From: Candidatus Parcubacteria bacterium
Lineage (GTDB): Bacteria > Patescibacteriota > Minisyncoccia > Phycocordibacterales > JAACPR01
DNA: 64,000 nucleotides
Direction: 5' to 3'
Assembly (NCBI GenBank): GCA_041158505.1
Contig: JBEBBG010000009.1
Span: forward strand, 5,157 to 69,156
A program made the translations under genes and the position numbers. Under the pieces are notes generated by a model that did no database searches, had not been told where the DNA came from, and was given only the letters and a program-made list of their open reading frames with translations. Below, one piece after another: positions 18,429 to 27,387 of this stretch. The number at the start of each line of letters is the position of its first letter. The first letter of the stretch is position 1.

Positions 18429-19466
18429 ATGTCAATTACACTCAGTTTCAAACCAAAGCAAATCTCTAAAAAACTTTTGGAGACACTTCCGGAGCGTTCA
18501 CGTGACATTCTTACGAGTCGCTACGGTCTTGGTGAGGACGCAGAGACAAAAACGCTTGAAGCAATCGGTCAGGCATACGGCATCACCCGTGAGCGTGTCC
18601 GACAAATCGAAGAGTACTCACTTGCAAACATTCGCAAGTCTGATGAATTCGAAAAAACCATTCCTGTTTTTGAAGAACTCAAAGAGTCAGTAAAGACACT
18701 TGGCGGCGTTGTTCCTGAGCAGGAGCTTCTCGACGTCATTTCATCAAATAAGAGCATCCAGAACCATCTCCACTTCTTGCTCGTCCTCGGCGATCCTTTT
18801 GTAAAACTTAAAGAGGATAATCAGTTTACATGCCGATGGTGTGTTGATGAGCCGCTCGCAAAAAAGATTGAAGACTCAATCAAAAAGCTCTACAGCAGCT
18901 TGAACGATGACGACATCATCCCTGAATCAGAAATGATTACGATGTTCCTCGACCATATTAAGGAAGTATCTGATGTGTACAAAGACAAAGAGGTGCTCAA
19001 GCGATGGCTCGGCATGTCAAAGAAGATTGGACGAAATCCACTTGGTGAGTGGGGACGCGCAGATTCTCCAAACATTAACGTAAAGGGTATGCGTGACTAC
19101 GCGTACCTCGTGATTCGCCGTCACGGTTCACCAATTCACTTCCGTGAAGTTGCACAGCAGATTGAGCAGCTTTTTGGAAAGAAAGCCCACGTTGCCACAA
19201 CGCACAACGAATTGATCAAGGACAAACGATTCGTACTTGTAGGTCGCGGACTCTACGCGCTTTCTGATTGGGGATACATGAGTGGTGTTGTTCGCGATGT
19301 TATTGTGAAAATTCTCAAGAAGCACGGACCACTTACAAAGGATGAAATCATTGATAAGGTGCTCAAGGAGCGATACGTCAAAGAAAACACTATCCTTGTA
19401 AACCTCCAGAACCCAACCTTCTTTAAAAAGGATGCAAAGGGGCGATACGCTCCCGTGACTGCATAG
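18429..19466 (+). CDS. protein with an N-terminal sigma-70 region-4-like HTH and a ~250-aa unknown C-terminal domain
   Basis: LPERSRDILTSRYGLGEDAETKTLEAIGQAYGITRERVRQIEEYSLANIRK matches the sigma-70 region 4.2 consensus (..R.R.IL..RFGL....TLEEIG..FGVTRERIRQIE..AL.KLR). No regions 2 or 3 are present. Confidence 0.55.
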   Translation: MSITLSFKPKQISKKLLETLPERSRDILTSRYGLGEDAETKTLEAIGQAYGITRERVRQIEEYSLANIRKSDEFEKTIPVFEELKESVKTLGGVVPEQELLDVISSNKSIQNHLHFLLVLGDPFVKLKEDNQFTCRWCVDEPLAKKIEDSIKKLYSSLNDDDIIPESEMITMFLDHIKEVSDVYKDKEVLKRWLGMSKKIGRNPLGEWGRADSPNINVKGMRDYAYLVIRRHGSPIHFREVAQQIEQLFGKKAHVATTHNELIKDKRFVLVGRGLYALSDWGYMSGVVRDVIVKILKKHGPLTKDEIIDKVLKERYVKENTILVNLQNPTFFKKDAKGRYAPVTA

Positions 19467-19486
19467 GTTGTTTCAATCCAACTAAT

Positions 19487-19518
19487 CAACAAAGCCGGGC
19501 CTTGTGCCCGGCTTGTTG
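19487..19518 (+). terminator. palindromic hairpin CAACAAAGCCGGGC-CTTGT-GCCCGGCTTGTTG followed by TATTATT
   Basis: Stem-loop read directly in the sequence. It shares the ATCAACA...GCCGGGC...GCCCGGC...TGTTG core with the 10591-10630 hairpin. Confidence 0.4.
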
Positions 19519-19549
19519 TATTATTGGCATGTTACAATAGCAAGCACGT

Positions 19550-20791
19550 ATGGTGGAGTTCGATATCATTGAGAGAGTCATTGATGTACTCATTATGGTG
19601 CTTCCAATTTTGATTCCGATTGGCTTGGCAGCAATTCTTGTTGATTTGTATGTTGATGCAAATAAGCGCGCTTTTCTTGCGAGTCAGGAGTACATGTTGC
19701 TTGAAATCATGCCGCCACAAGACATATTTAAATCGCCAGCCGCGATGGAGCTTTTCTTGATGGCAATTTACCAAACAAGTGGTGAGAGCACGTGGTATGA
19801 TCGAAACGTAAAAGGAAAAAGCCGCGCATGGTTTTCACTTGAAATCGTTTCGACAGAAGGTAATGTCCGTTTCTTTATTTGGACTCGAACAGCGTTTGCA
19901 AAGTTGCTTGAGACACAGCTCTACGCACAGTTTCCGGGAATTGAGGTAACTCGATTGAACGATGATTACACACACGGCTGGGAGTATGATCCAGACCGTG
20001 TTGAACTTTTTGGCCTTGAGTATGCGTTGACCCAGCCAGATCCATATCCAATTAAAACGTACGTTGATTACGGGCTCGATAAAGAGCAAGAGGAAGACTA
20101 TAAAGTTGATCCCATTACGCCAACAATCGAGTTTCTTGGAAGCCTCGGCCCCGGAGAGCACGGATGGATTCAGATTATAGTTCGTGCACACAAAAAAGAA
20201 GATCCAGATCCAACAAAGTGGTTTGGCGTGCGAGATAACTGGAAAGAAACCGCCAAATCGGAAATTGCAAAAATCCGAAAAGAGGGACTTATTGATGCGG
20301 GAGAATCAAAGCAGGTGCAGACCACAAAGGGTCAGGAGCTTCGCATTGCTGCAATTGAGCGCAGCGTCTCAAAGCTTGCCTTCGACACCGGTATTCGAAG
20401 TATTTACATAACTGAAAAAGCTGCGTTTCAAGGAAGCAACATTAGTGTGATGGTGGGAGCGTTCAAACAGTACGGTTCACTAGAGCTTAACGGATTTAAA
20501 CCTGCATGGACGACAAGTTTTGACTACCCGTGGCAGGATCCGACGGGGCGAAAAGTCGCGGCGCTCAAACAAGAAATTCTAGAAGCATACAAAGGGCGTG
20601 AATATTTCTTCCGAACGCGCCCACAGTTCCGCACCTTATTACCTGCAAAAATTGTAGATCGAGAGCACTTTGTGCTTAATACAGAAGAATTGGCTACCAT
20701 CTATCACTTCCCAGGTAAGGTTGTTGGTACACCGTCAGTACAGCGCGTCACCTCAAAGAAGGCGACACCACCACCAAATCTTCCTGTATAA
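19550..20791 (+). CDS. hypothetical membrane-anchored protein
   Basis: N-terminal TM (VLIMVLPILIPIGLAAILVDLYV). 413 aa. No recognisable motif. Confidence 0.5.
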   Translation: MVEFDIIERVIDVLIMVLPILIPIGLAAILVDLYVDANKRAFLASQEYMLLEIMPPQDIFKSPAAMELFLMAIYQTSGESTWYDRNVKGKSRAWFSLEIVSTEGNVRFFIWTRTAFAKLLETQLYAQFPGIEVTRLNDDYTHGWEYDPDRVELFGLEYALTQPDPYPIKTYVDYGLDKEQEEDYKVDPITPTIEFLGSLGPGEHGWIQIIVRAHKKEDPDPTKWFGVRDNWKETAKSEIAKIRKEGLIDAGESKQVQTTKGQELRIAAIERSVSKLAFDTGIRSIYITEKAAFQGSNISVMVGAFKQYGSLELNGFKPAWTTSFDYPWQDPTGRKVAALKQEILEAYKGREYFFRTRPQFRTLLPAKIVDREHFVLNTEELATIYHFPGKVVGTPSVQRVTSKKATPPPNLPV

Positions 20792-20809
20792 TAATCCCGA
20801 CCTATACTC

Positions 20810-21799
20810 ATGGAACGACTACGCGCATATTTTTCTGTCATTCGTACACACCTGGCCCGCACGCATGGGTGGTTGCTTGTACTCATTATTGCACTACTGC
20901 TTTCTATCGTGTGGGTGTGGGCAACAACAGCTCCAAGCGCGCTTGTTGTGCCAGTTGCAATCGACGTGCCGAAAGGAGCAACGGTGAAAGAGATTACGCA
21001 GCAGCTCAAGGACGCAGGCCTCATTCGTTCACGGGCCGTAACAAATACCATCATTATTGTGAGCGGGCGTGATACAAAGATTGTTTCAGGAACATACCTG
21101 TTTGAGCGCCGGCCGAGCACGTTTGAAGTTGTGCGTCGTGTGACACGAGGAGATTTTGGTGTCGAAACAAAAGAGGTGCGCATTCCAGAAGGTGCTACAA
21201 CCAAGCAAATTGGTGAATTGTTTGAACAAGAGTTTGCGTATTTTGATAAAGATGCCTTTTACCAGCTCACTGAAGGTAAAGAGGGGTACTTGTTCCCTGA
21301 CACGTATCAATTTTTAGAAACGGTTAAGGCGTATGAAGTTGTTGCTGCTCTAGAAGAAAATTTTGCGAAGCAGACAGCTGCATTACTTCCACTAATGAAA
21401 GCATCAGAAAGAACACTGGAAGATGTCGTTATTATGGCCTCAATTATTGAGCGCGAAGCAACTGCAGATTCTCGGCAGGCAGTTGGTAATATTTTATGGA
21501 AACGAATTGAAATTGAAATGCCACTGCAAGTTGACGCTACGTTCGTGTACTCAGTGGGGCGCGGCACATTTGATTTAACAAAGGCAGATTTAGCAAATGA
21601 GGATAATCCTTACAATACGTATACACACAAAGGTTTGCCCCCAACAGCAATTAGTAATCCTGGATTTGAATCATTGAAGGCGGCCGCCACAAAAGAGGAT
21701 ACTGACTATCTTTTTTTCCTAACTGGACACGATGGTGAGATGTACTACGCAGAAACCTTTGAAGGGCATAAGCGGAATCGTGCGCGCTACCTAAACTAG
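20810..21799 (+). CDS. endolytic murein transglycosylase MltG/YceG family (paralog 2)
   Basis: N-terminal TM. MPLQVDATFVYSVGRG, NPYNTYTHKGLPPTAISNPG, LFFLTGHDGEMYYAETFEGHKRN. Same family as 6018-6989. Confidence 0.75.
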   Translation: MERLRAYFSVIRTHLARTHGWLLVLIIALLLSIVWVWATTAPSALVVPVAIDVPKGATVKEITQQLKDAGLIRSRAVTNTIIIVSGRDTKIVSGTYLFERRPSTFEVVRRVTRGDFGVETKEVRIPEGATTKQIGELFEQEFAYFDKDAFYQLTEGKEGYLFPDTYQFLETVKAYEVVAALEENFAKQTAALLPLMKASERTLEDVVIMASIIEREATADSRQAVGNILWKRIEIEMPLQVDATFVYSVGRGTFDLTKADLANEDNPYNTYTHKGLPPTAISNPGFESLKAAATKEDTDYLFFLTGHDGEMYYAETFEGHKRNRARYLN

Positions 21800-21802
21800 C
21801 GC

Positions 21803-21837
21803 TGCAAAAGAAAAAGCGATTCCCATATGGGAATCGC
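21803..21837 (-). terminator. perfect 22-nt palindrome GCGATTCCCATATGGGAATCGC with a T-run on the minus strand
   Basis: The palindrome lies at 21816-21837. On the minus strand it is followed by TTTTTCTTTTGC (complement of 21804-21815), and it sits immediately 3' of the minus-strand ORF 21869-22192. Confidence 0.4.
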
Positions 21838-21868
21838 AGTGATGCGATGATGCACTGGTTGTTGCTTT

Positions 21869-22192
21869 TCAGGCCGCATATGCGGCAGACAACGGAACGA
21901 TGTTCTCGGGCTCCGGAGTGTTCTCACTTGCCGGCATACCGGCAAAGAGTCGGGTCACGTCAGGGTTCGCTTGTGCAAACTTGCTGGCGAAGAGCTGGCT
22001 CGCTTTGCTCCACTTTCCAGAGTTTGCACCACGAACGAACGATTGTTCGCAGGGTGCACAGGTGACCAGCTGAATGTGGTCACCCTGCTCGAGGTGGATT
22101 TTCGGACGCTTGCCGGCGATGTGTTCATGGAACGCATCGCAGCAGGAACAGCCAGTTTCGGTGGGGACGGAAGGAACGGGTATTGCTTTCAT
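21869..22192 (-). CDS. small Cys-rich hypothetical protein (CxCC...CxxC), GC-rich with C-ending codons
   Basis: 107-aa ORF filling the gap between the convergent MltG and divergent mnmA genes. Strong third-position C periodicity. Codon usage differs from its neighbours. No Shine-Dalgarno sequence is evident. Confidence 0.35.
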   Translation of the reverse strand: MKAIPVPSVPTETGCSCCDAFHEHIAGKRPKIHLEQGDHIQLVTCAPCEQSFVRGANSGKWSKASQLFASKFAQANPDVTRLFAGMPASENTPEPENIVPLSAAYAA

Positions 22193-22231
22193 AAGGGCAC
22201 TAGTGCAAGATGGTCACATATATACAAAAAT

Positions 22232-23308
22232 ATGTCAAGCAAGCGGCTGGGGAAAGGTACAAAGCAGCGTATTTGTGTAGGCGTCTCAGGCGGCGTTGAT
22301 TCTTCTGTTGCGCTAGCCTTGCTTAAGGAACAGGGGCATGATGTGACAGGTGTTTTTATCAAAATCTGGGACCCTGAATTGTCTCAGTGTGACTGGCGTG
22401 CCGAGATGCAAGACGCTATGCGTGTCTGTGCACAGCTTGATGTGCCATTCAGAATGGTTGATTTATCCGATGTGTATCGATCAGAAGTGATTACCTACAT
22501 GATTGAGGCATACACACAAGGTATGACACCGAATCCGGATGTTATGTGTAATAAAGCAGTTAAATTCGGTGCATTTTTTACATGGGCAATGGAGCAGGGG
22601 TTTGATGCGGTAGCTACAGGACACTATGCCACAGTATCTGCTACTGGTGAACTACGAGTGGCGAAAGATGCTGCAAAAGATCAGAGCTATTTCCTCTGGA
22701 ATGTTCCAAAGGAGCGTTTGAAAAAAACACGCTTTCCTGTCGGTGAATACACAAAGATGGATGTTCGGGAACTCGCAAAACGTTTTAATCTGCCTACTGC
22801 AAATAAAGCAGACAGCCAAGGTCTCTGTTTTATTGGGCCGGTTGATGTAAAGACGTTTCTAGCGAGCAGAGTGCAGGTTTCTCCTGGTTTGGTTCTCGCT
22901 ACAAATGGAGAAACTATTGGAACTCATAAAGGCGCACTTCTGTATACGCTCGGTGAGCGACACGGTTTTTCTATAACAACACACGATACTGCCCGCAAAC
23001 CATACTATGTAGTGGCGCGTGATATACACGCAAATACCATTACCGTTTCCCGCGAACCTCGTATAGATGGAGCCGTACGATCTGTACTACTGCAGAACAC
23101 AAACTGGTTCGAAGAAGGTACTGACATGCGAGTCGATGCTGTTATTCGTTACCATGGCACACGCCACCCAGCAACACTTACCCGTACCGCAGACGGCGCG
23201 CTCGTTGTATTTGATACTCCAGTGCCAGGTGTTGCCCTTGGACAATCAGTTGTTTGTTACCAAGGAGATGTATGTGTGGTAGGTGGTAGCGCATCTGCAA
23301 CGTCCTAG
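22232..23308 (+). CDS. mnmA: tRNA-specific 2-thiouridylase MnmA
   Basis: PP-loop CVGVSGGVDSSVALALL. GHYA, and the catalytic Cys region QSYFLWNV...QGLCFIG. Start MSSKRLG sits within an ORF open from 21971. Confidence 0.85.
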   Translation: MSSKRLGKGTKQRICVGVSGGVDSSVALALLKEQGHDVTGVFIKIWDPELSQCDWRAEMQDAMRVCAQLDVPFRMVDLSDVYRSEVITYMIEAYTQGMTPNPDVMCNKAVKFGAFFTWAMEQGFDAVATGHYATVSATGELRVAKDAAKDQSYFLWNVPKERLKKTRFPVGEYTKMDVRELAKRFNLPTANKADSQGLCFIGPVDVKTFLASRVQVSPGLVLATNGETIGTHKGALLYTLGERHGFSITTHDTARKPYYVVARDIHANTITVSREPRIDGAVRSVLLQNTNWFEEGTDMRVDAVIRYHGTRHPATLTRTADGALVVFDTPVPGVALGQSVVCYQGDVCVVGGSASATS

Positions 23309-23326
23309 TGTTATACTAGGTTTGTT

Positions 23327-23788
23327 ATGCAAAAGACAACCACAGGAGTACTGATTGCTGGGTGTATTATTATTGGCATTGCAATTGCACTCTACGTTTC
23401 GACAAAGACAGAGCAGTACATTGAAACGCCGCGAGAAGAGATGATTGAGGAGCTTGCCTCTACACCAACGACAACCGTTATGGTAAAGCACCAGTACAAA
23501 GATGGTGTTCATACCTTTGCAGGTGTTGTTGAGACACCAACCCCTTGTTACGATACGCGCGCAATTATCGTCAGTGGCGATGTGAACGAGATTCAAATCA
23601 GGACAGAGGAACAAGCTGTTGAGGTTTGTGCCCAGACAGTTACTGACCAACCATTTAAGGTAAGTCACCAGTCAGCGCCTGATGCTCGATTCCTCATGAC
23701 GCTAAATGGAGAACTGGTAAACATGAACCAGTTTGATATTGATGCAGATGTGGATATCGATACCGTAGAGGTGCTCATTAAGGGGTAA
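23327..23788 (+). CDS. hypothetical membrane-anchored protein
   Basis: N-terminal TM GVLIAGCIIIGIAIALYV. 153 aa. Confidence 0.45.
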   Translation: MQKTTTGVLIAGCIIIGIAIALYVSTKTEQYIETPREEMIEELASTPTTTVMVKHQYKDGVHTFAGVVETPTPCYDTRAIIVSGDVNEIQIRTEEQAVEVCAQTVTDQPFKVSHQSAPDARFLMTLNGELVNMNQFDIDADVDIDTVEVLIKG

Positions 23789-23800
23789 TACTAACGTTGT

Positions 23801-24658
23801 ATGCGCACGGTCCAGATTGTAAAAGGGAATGGTGATCGTGAGTCATTTGATCCAGATAAACTGAGGCAATCACTCTTGCGCGCGCACGCCACCACGATTG
23901 CGGCAGAGGCTGTTGTTGACGCAATTACAAAAGAAATTCGGGCAGGGATGAGTACTGGTGATATCTATCGTCGCGCCTTTACTCTGCTTAGTTCTACTGA
24001 GCATAGTGCCGCGCTTACGTATAGCATTAGACGCTCAGTTCTTAACTTAGGACCGACAGGTTTTCCTTTTGAGCGCTACATTGCCGAATTGCTTGCAGAG
24101 CAGGGCTACAAAACAAGAACTGGTCAGCACATACAAGGGCGCTGCATTGAACATGAGGTTGATGTTGTCGCTTGGAACAATGAGCAGCTGCTATTTGCTG
24201 AGGTTAAATTCCATAATGAATTAACAATGAAAAGCGATACAAAAACCGCTTTGTACGTTAAGGCGCGTTTTGATGACCTCTACGATCACACGCATCGAAT
24301 TGAGGGCAAAGAGAGAACCTTGACCCGCGGCATGCTCATTACAAATACAAAATTCACGCAAGGGGCAAAAGAGTATGCGTCATGCGTGGGAACATTCGAC
24401 ATGATTAGTTGGGATTACCCTGAGCATGGAAATTTGTACGACATGATTGCTCAAACAGGACTGCACCCAATGACATGCCTCCCAAGTCTCTCTGAACATG
24501 ATAAAAGAGAGTTGCTCAAACGTGGTATTTTGCATTGTAAGACGCTGCAAGAAGATCCATCGATTATGCGTAGCATTGGTTTGCCCGATACTGCGATTGA
24601 AACAGTCGTGCGTGACGTTGAACAGCTCCGGAAGCCAAAGCGGTCGCACGACCTGTGA
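23801..24658 (+). CDS. ATP-cone domain fused to an Mrr-like PD-(D/E)xK restriction-endonuclease-fold domain
   Basis: ATP-cone: RTVQIVKGNGDRESFDPDKLRQSLLRA...AEAVVDAITKEIRAG (compare NrdR/RNR ATP cones, VIKRDG..E.F...KI). Nuclease core: HEVDVVAWNNEQLLFAEVKFHNE (D...EVK). Confidence 0.6.
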   Translation: MRTVQIVKGNGDRESFDPDKLRQSLLRAHATTIAAEAVVDAITKEIRAGMSTGDIYRRAFTLLSSTEHSAALTYSIRRSVLNLGPTGFPFERYIAELLAEQGYKTRTGQHIQGRCIEHEVDVVAWNNEQLLFAEVKFHNELTMKSDTKTALYVKARFDDLYDHTHRIEGKERTLTRGMLITNTKFTQGAKEYASCVGTFDMISWDYPEHGNLYDMIAQTGLHPMTCLPSLSEHDKRELLKRGILHCKTLQEDPSIMRSIGLPDTAIETVVRDVEQLRKPKRSHDL

Positions 24659-24703
24659 GTAAGGTTTTACCTTTAGCTATAAAAACGTTCTATACTAGTA
24701 CGT

Positions 24704-25873
24704 ATGTTAGGTTGGGGAACACGCAAGCAGCGTGCCGAGTGTAAACTTATTGTTGATATTCGAAGTGCCTCTGTAGGCGCAGCGCTTGTCGTCTATGGAG
24801 AAGCTGCTCCATCGTACGTGTATGGTACTCGAGTGCCTATTGATGCCGCCGCATCTAAAGATGCGGCGGCCATAACACCTGCAATGCTTGCTGCACTTGC
24901 GCAGGTGGGGCAAAAGGTTGTGGCTGAAGGTTTGCCACGTTTGGCAGTAAGCACGGGCGCTCCGCGTGTCACAGAGGCAGTCATTGCCTTTGCTGCGCCA
25001 TGGTATACAGCGCTGGTACATGATATTTCAGTAAAAAAAGAAAAGCCGTTTATTCTTACGAGGCACGCATGGAAGCAGTTGCTCGAAGAAAAGCTTACTA
25101 CTGTTGCCAAACAGCCAACAGGTTACAGCAACCTAGAACACGACATCACTCGCGTGATGGTGAATGGGTATGAACTAAAAGATCCATTTCATAAAAAGGT
25201 TCAGGAGATGCTCATCGCTCTTTACACCAGCTTTGTAAGCGAGCAAACAAAAACCGCTGTGGCAGAGGCAGTCCAAAAGCATTTTCACGGAGTTCCTTGT
25301 ACGTACAAGACAATGCCGCTCATCTCTTTCACGACACTCCGAGATATGTTTTGGAATGTCGATCGATTTACGTTTTTTGATGTCGGAGGGTTGGTTACCG
25401 AAGTTGGTGTTGTTGAGGGGGGAACGATAACGCATATTATGAGCGTCCCCTATGGATCACAGCATATGCTCCAGGCGGTACAAGCGGCATGCAGTATGGA
25501 TGATGCTACGCTAACCTCTGCAATGAGCATGCTTGCAAAAAACGAACTGCATCCATCGTGTACGGAAGCACTTGCTACAGCACGGACCGCGGCGGAACAA
25601 GCTTGGGTTACGGCAATTCGAACCCAGCTCGATGTCGAGGGTATTACATTGCCACCACGAGTTTTTGTTCAAGTCGCCCCAAGTCTACAGCCAATATTTG
25701 GAGCCCTCTTTGGGGCACCACAGCATCGCAAAACACTCTTTGGGTCAGACCAAGAGATACAGGTTGCTGTACTCACGCAGGATCATGTTCGAAAGTACAT
25801 TGATATACCAAAAGACACCCTGATTGACCCTTTTATGCTATTAACAGCTCTTTTCTTGCGTACTTCAAGGTAG
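24704..25873 (+). CDS. hypothetical protein, possibly actin-like ATPase (ASKHA) fold
   Basis: N-terminal LIVDIRSASVGAALVV and a later FFDVGGLVTEVGVVEGG resemble the ASKHA phosphate-1 and phosphate-2 motifs. The assignment is weak. Confidence 0.4.
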   Translation: MLGWGTRKQRAECKLIVDIRSASVGAALVVYGEAAPSYVYGTRVPIDAAASKDAAAITPAMLAALAQVGQKVVAEGLPRLAVSTGAPRVTEAVIAFAAPWYTALVHDISVKKEKPFILTRHAWKQLLEEKLTTVAKQPTGYSNLEHDITRVMVNGYELKDPFHKKVQEMLIALYTSFVSEQTKTAVAEAVQKHFHGVPCTYKTMPLISFTTLRDMFWNVDRFTFFDVGGLVTEVGVVEGGTITHIMSVPYGSQHMLQAVQAACSMDDATLTSAMSMLAKNELHPSCTEALATARTAAEQAWVTAIRTQLDVEGITLPPRVFVQVAPSLQPIFGALFGAPQHRKTLFGSDQEIQVAVLTQDHVRKYIDIPKDTLIDPFMLLTALFLRTSR

Positions 25874-25876
25874 CTT

Positions 25877-27340
25877 GTGGTACAATTTTCAAGTATGACA
25901 AACGAGGTTCCCCAAGACGCACAACCACACAAGCGCTCAATTAGAAACATTCCTTTGCCAGACAACCGTCGTCGCATTGTGACAAGCTACGACATTGAAT
26001 CGGTTGCACCTCCAACGCCACCACGTCCGCAGCAAATGCATGATGAACGACCAGCCCCTGTACGAGAAACAGTAACCACACGCCTAACTTCAGAATCAAT
26101 GACACCTCCAGCGTACAATCAGGAACAAGAAGAGACCGAATACGAAGTACCACGACGAGCTCGGCAGAGCAGTGCGTCAGCGCCTCGTAGAGCTTCTCGA
26201 AAGCGGTCATACGTCTTGCTTACTTCAATTGCGGTCATCGTTATTGCAGTTCTTGGCATGTTCTTCTCATTTGGTGGCGCAACGGTGACTGTGTACCCAC
26301 GACAAGTAACAACTACGCTAAGCGCCGAGGTAGAGGCTCAAAACCTCGCAACCCCTACATCAAGTCCTGCGCTCTCTTTTACAGCAGAATCAATCGTTGC
26401 TGAAGCTACACGTGAGGTTGTGGCGACTGGTGAAGAAGAGGTTGTAGAAAAGGCAAAGGGCCGAATTACTATCGTGAATGAGTATTCAGAAGAAGAGCAG
26501 CGTCTTCTCAAGAATACCCGTTTTGAATCACCAGATGGTCTTATCTTTAGAATTCCTGATTCAGTAGTGGTTCCAGGATTTACTCGAGATGCCTCTGGAA
26601 ATGTGGTGCCAGGTAAGCTTGTTGCTGAAGTGGTTGCTGATCAACCAGGTAAAGAGTACAACATTGGCGCAACGAACCGCTTTACCGTACCAGGTTTTAA
26701 AGATATGCCACAGTACAGCAGCTTCTACGCTACGTCTGATAGTCAGATGGTTGGAGGATTTAACGGTGTAAAGAAGATTGTTTCTGCAGAAGACAGAAAT
26801 CGAGCAGAGCGAGAGCTTCGGGATGATATTAAGCAGCAGCTTGCAGCCCGTGCGGCTGAACGAAAGGTTGAAGGGAGCGTTATTCTTACCGACGACAGCT
26901 TAACGCTCTACGAGACACTCGAAGAGACAAGTGAGGGTGATACAGTAACACTTGGTATGCGCGGTACTACAAAGGCGGTTATGGTACGAGCAGACGCGCT
27001 CGCACAAGTCCTTGCACAAACCGATTTAAACTCATACACAGAAGGAGACATTGTTAGCATTACCAACCTTGGGGAGCTTCGTATGCGAGCCTTTGCAAAA
27101 ACTGGAGACACAACGTTTAGCACCGTTAGAATTGCCGTTGAAGGTGATGCAACCTTCGAATGGGTACTTGATGAGGCGGCATTTAAGCAGGCGCTCGCTG
27201 GCAGCGATAAAGATGACCTCGCAACTATCGTGCCTACCTTTAAGGCAATTACTAAGGCAAGTGCCAAGATCCGACCTATTTGGAAAGGTTCATTCTCTGA
27301 AAATACCGAAAAAATTACCATTGTTTATGCAAAAGAGTAG
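25877..27340 (+). CDS. hypothetical bitopic membrane protein with Pro-rich cytoplasmic N-terminus
   Basis: 487 aa. TM at YVLLTSIAVIVIAVLGMFFSF after a ~115-aa P/R/Q-rich N-terminal region. Confidence 0.45.
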   Translation: MVQFSSMTNEVPQDAQPHKRSIRNIPLPDNRRRIVTSYDIESVAPPTPPRPQQMHDERPAPVRETVTTRLTSESMTPPAYNQEQEETEYEVPRRARQSSASAPRRASRKRSYVLLTSIAVIVIAVLGMFFSFGGATVTVYPRQVTTTLSAEVEAQNLATPTSSPALSFTAESIVAEATREVVATGEEEVVEKAKGRITIVNEYSEEEQRLLKNTRFESPDGLIFRIPDSVVVPGFTRDASGNVVPGKLVAEVVADQPGKEYNIGATNRFTVPGFKDMPQYSSFYATSDSQMVGGFNGVKKIVSAEDRNRAERELRDDIKQQLAARAAERKVEGSVILTDDSLTLYETLEETSEGDTVTLGMRGTTKAVMVRADALAQVLAQTDLNSYTEGDIVSITNLGELRMRAFAKTGDTTFSTVRIAVEGDATFEWVLDEAAFKQALAGSDKDDLATIVPTFKAITKASAKIRPIWKGSFSENTEKITIVYAKE

Positions 27341-27387
27341 CGTTTCGTTTGACGGCGCAACCTCGGCTAATGTATAGTGTGCAGCAC

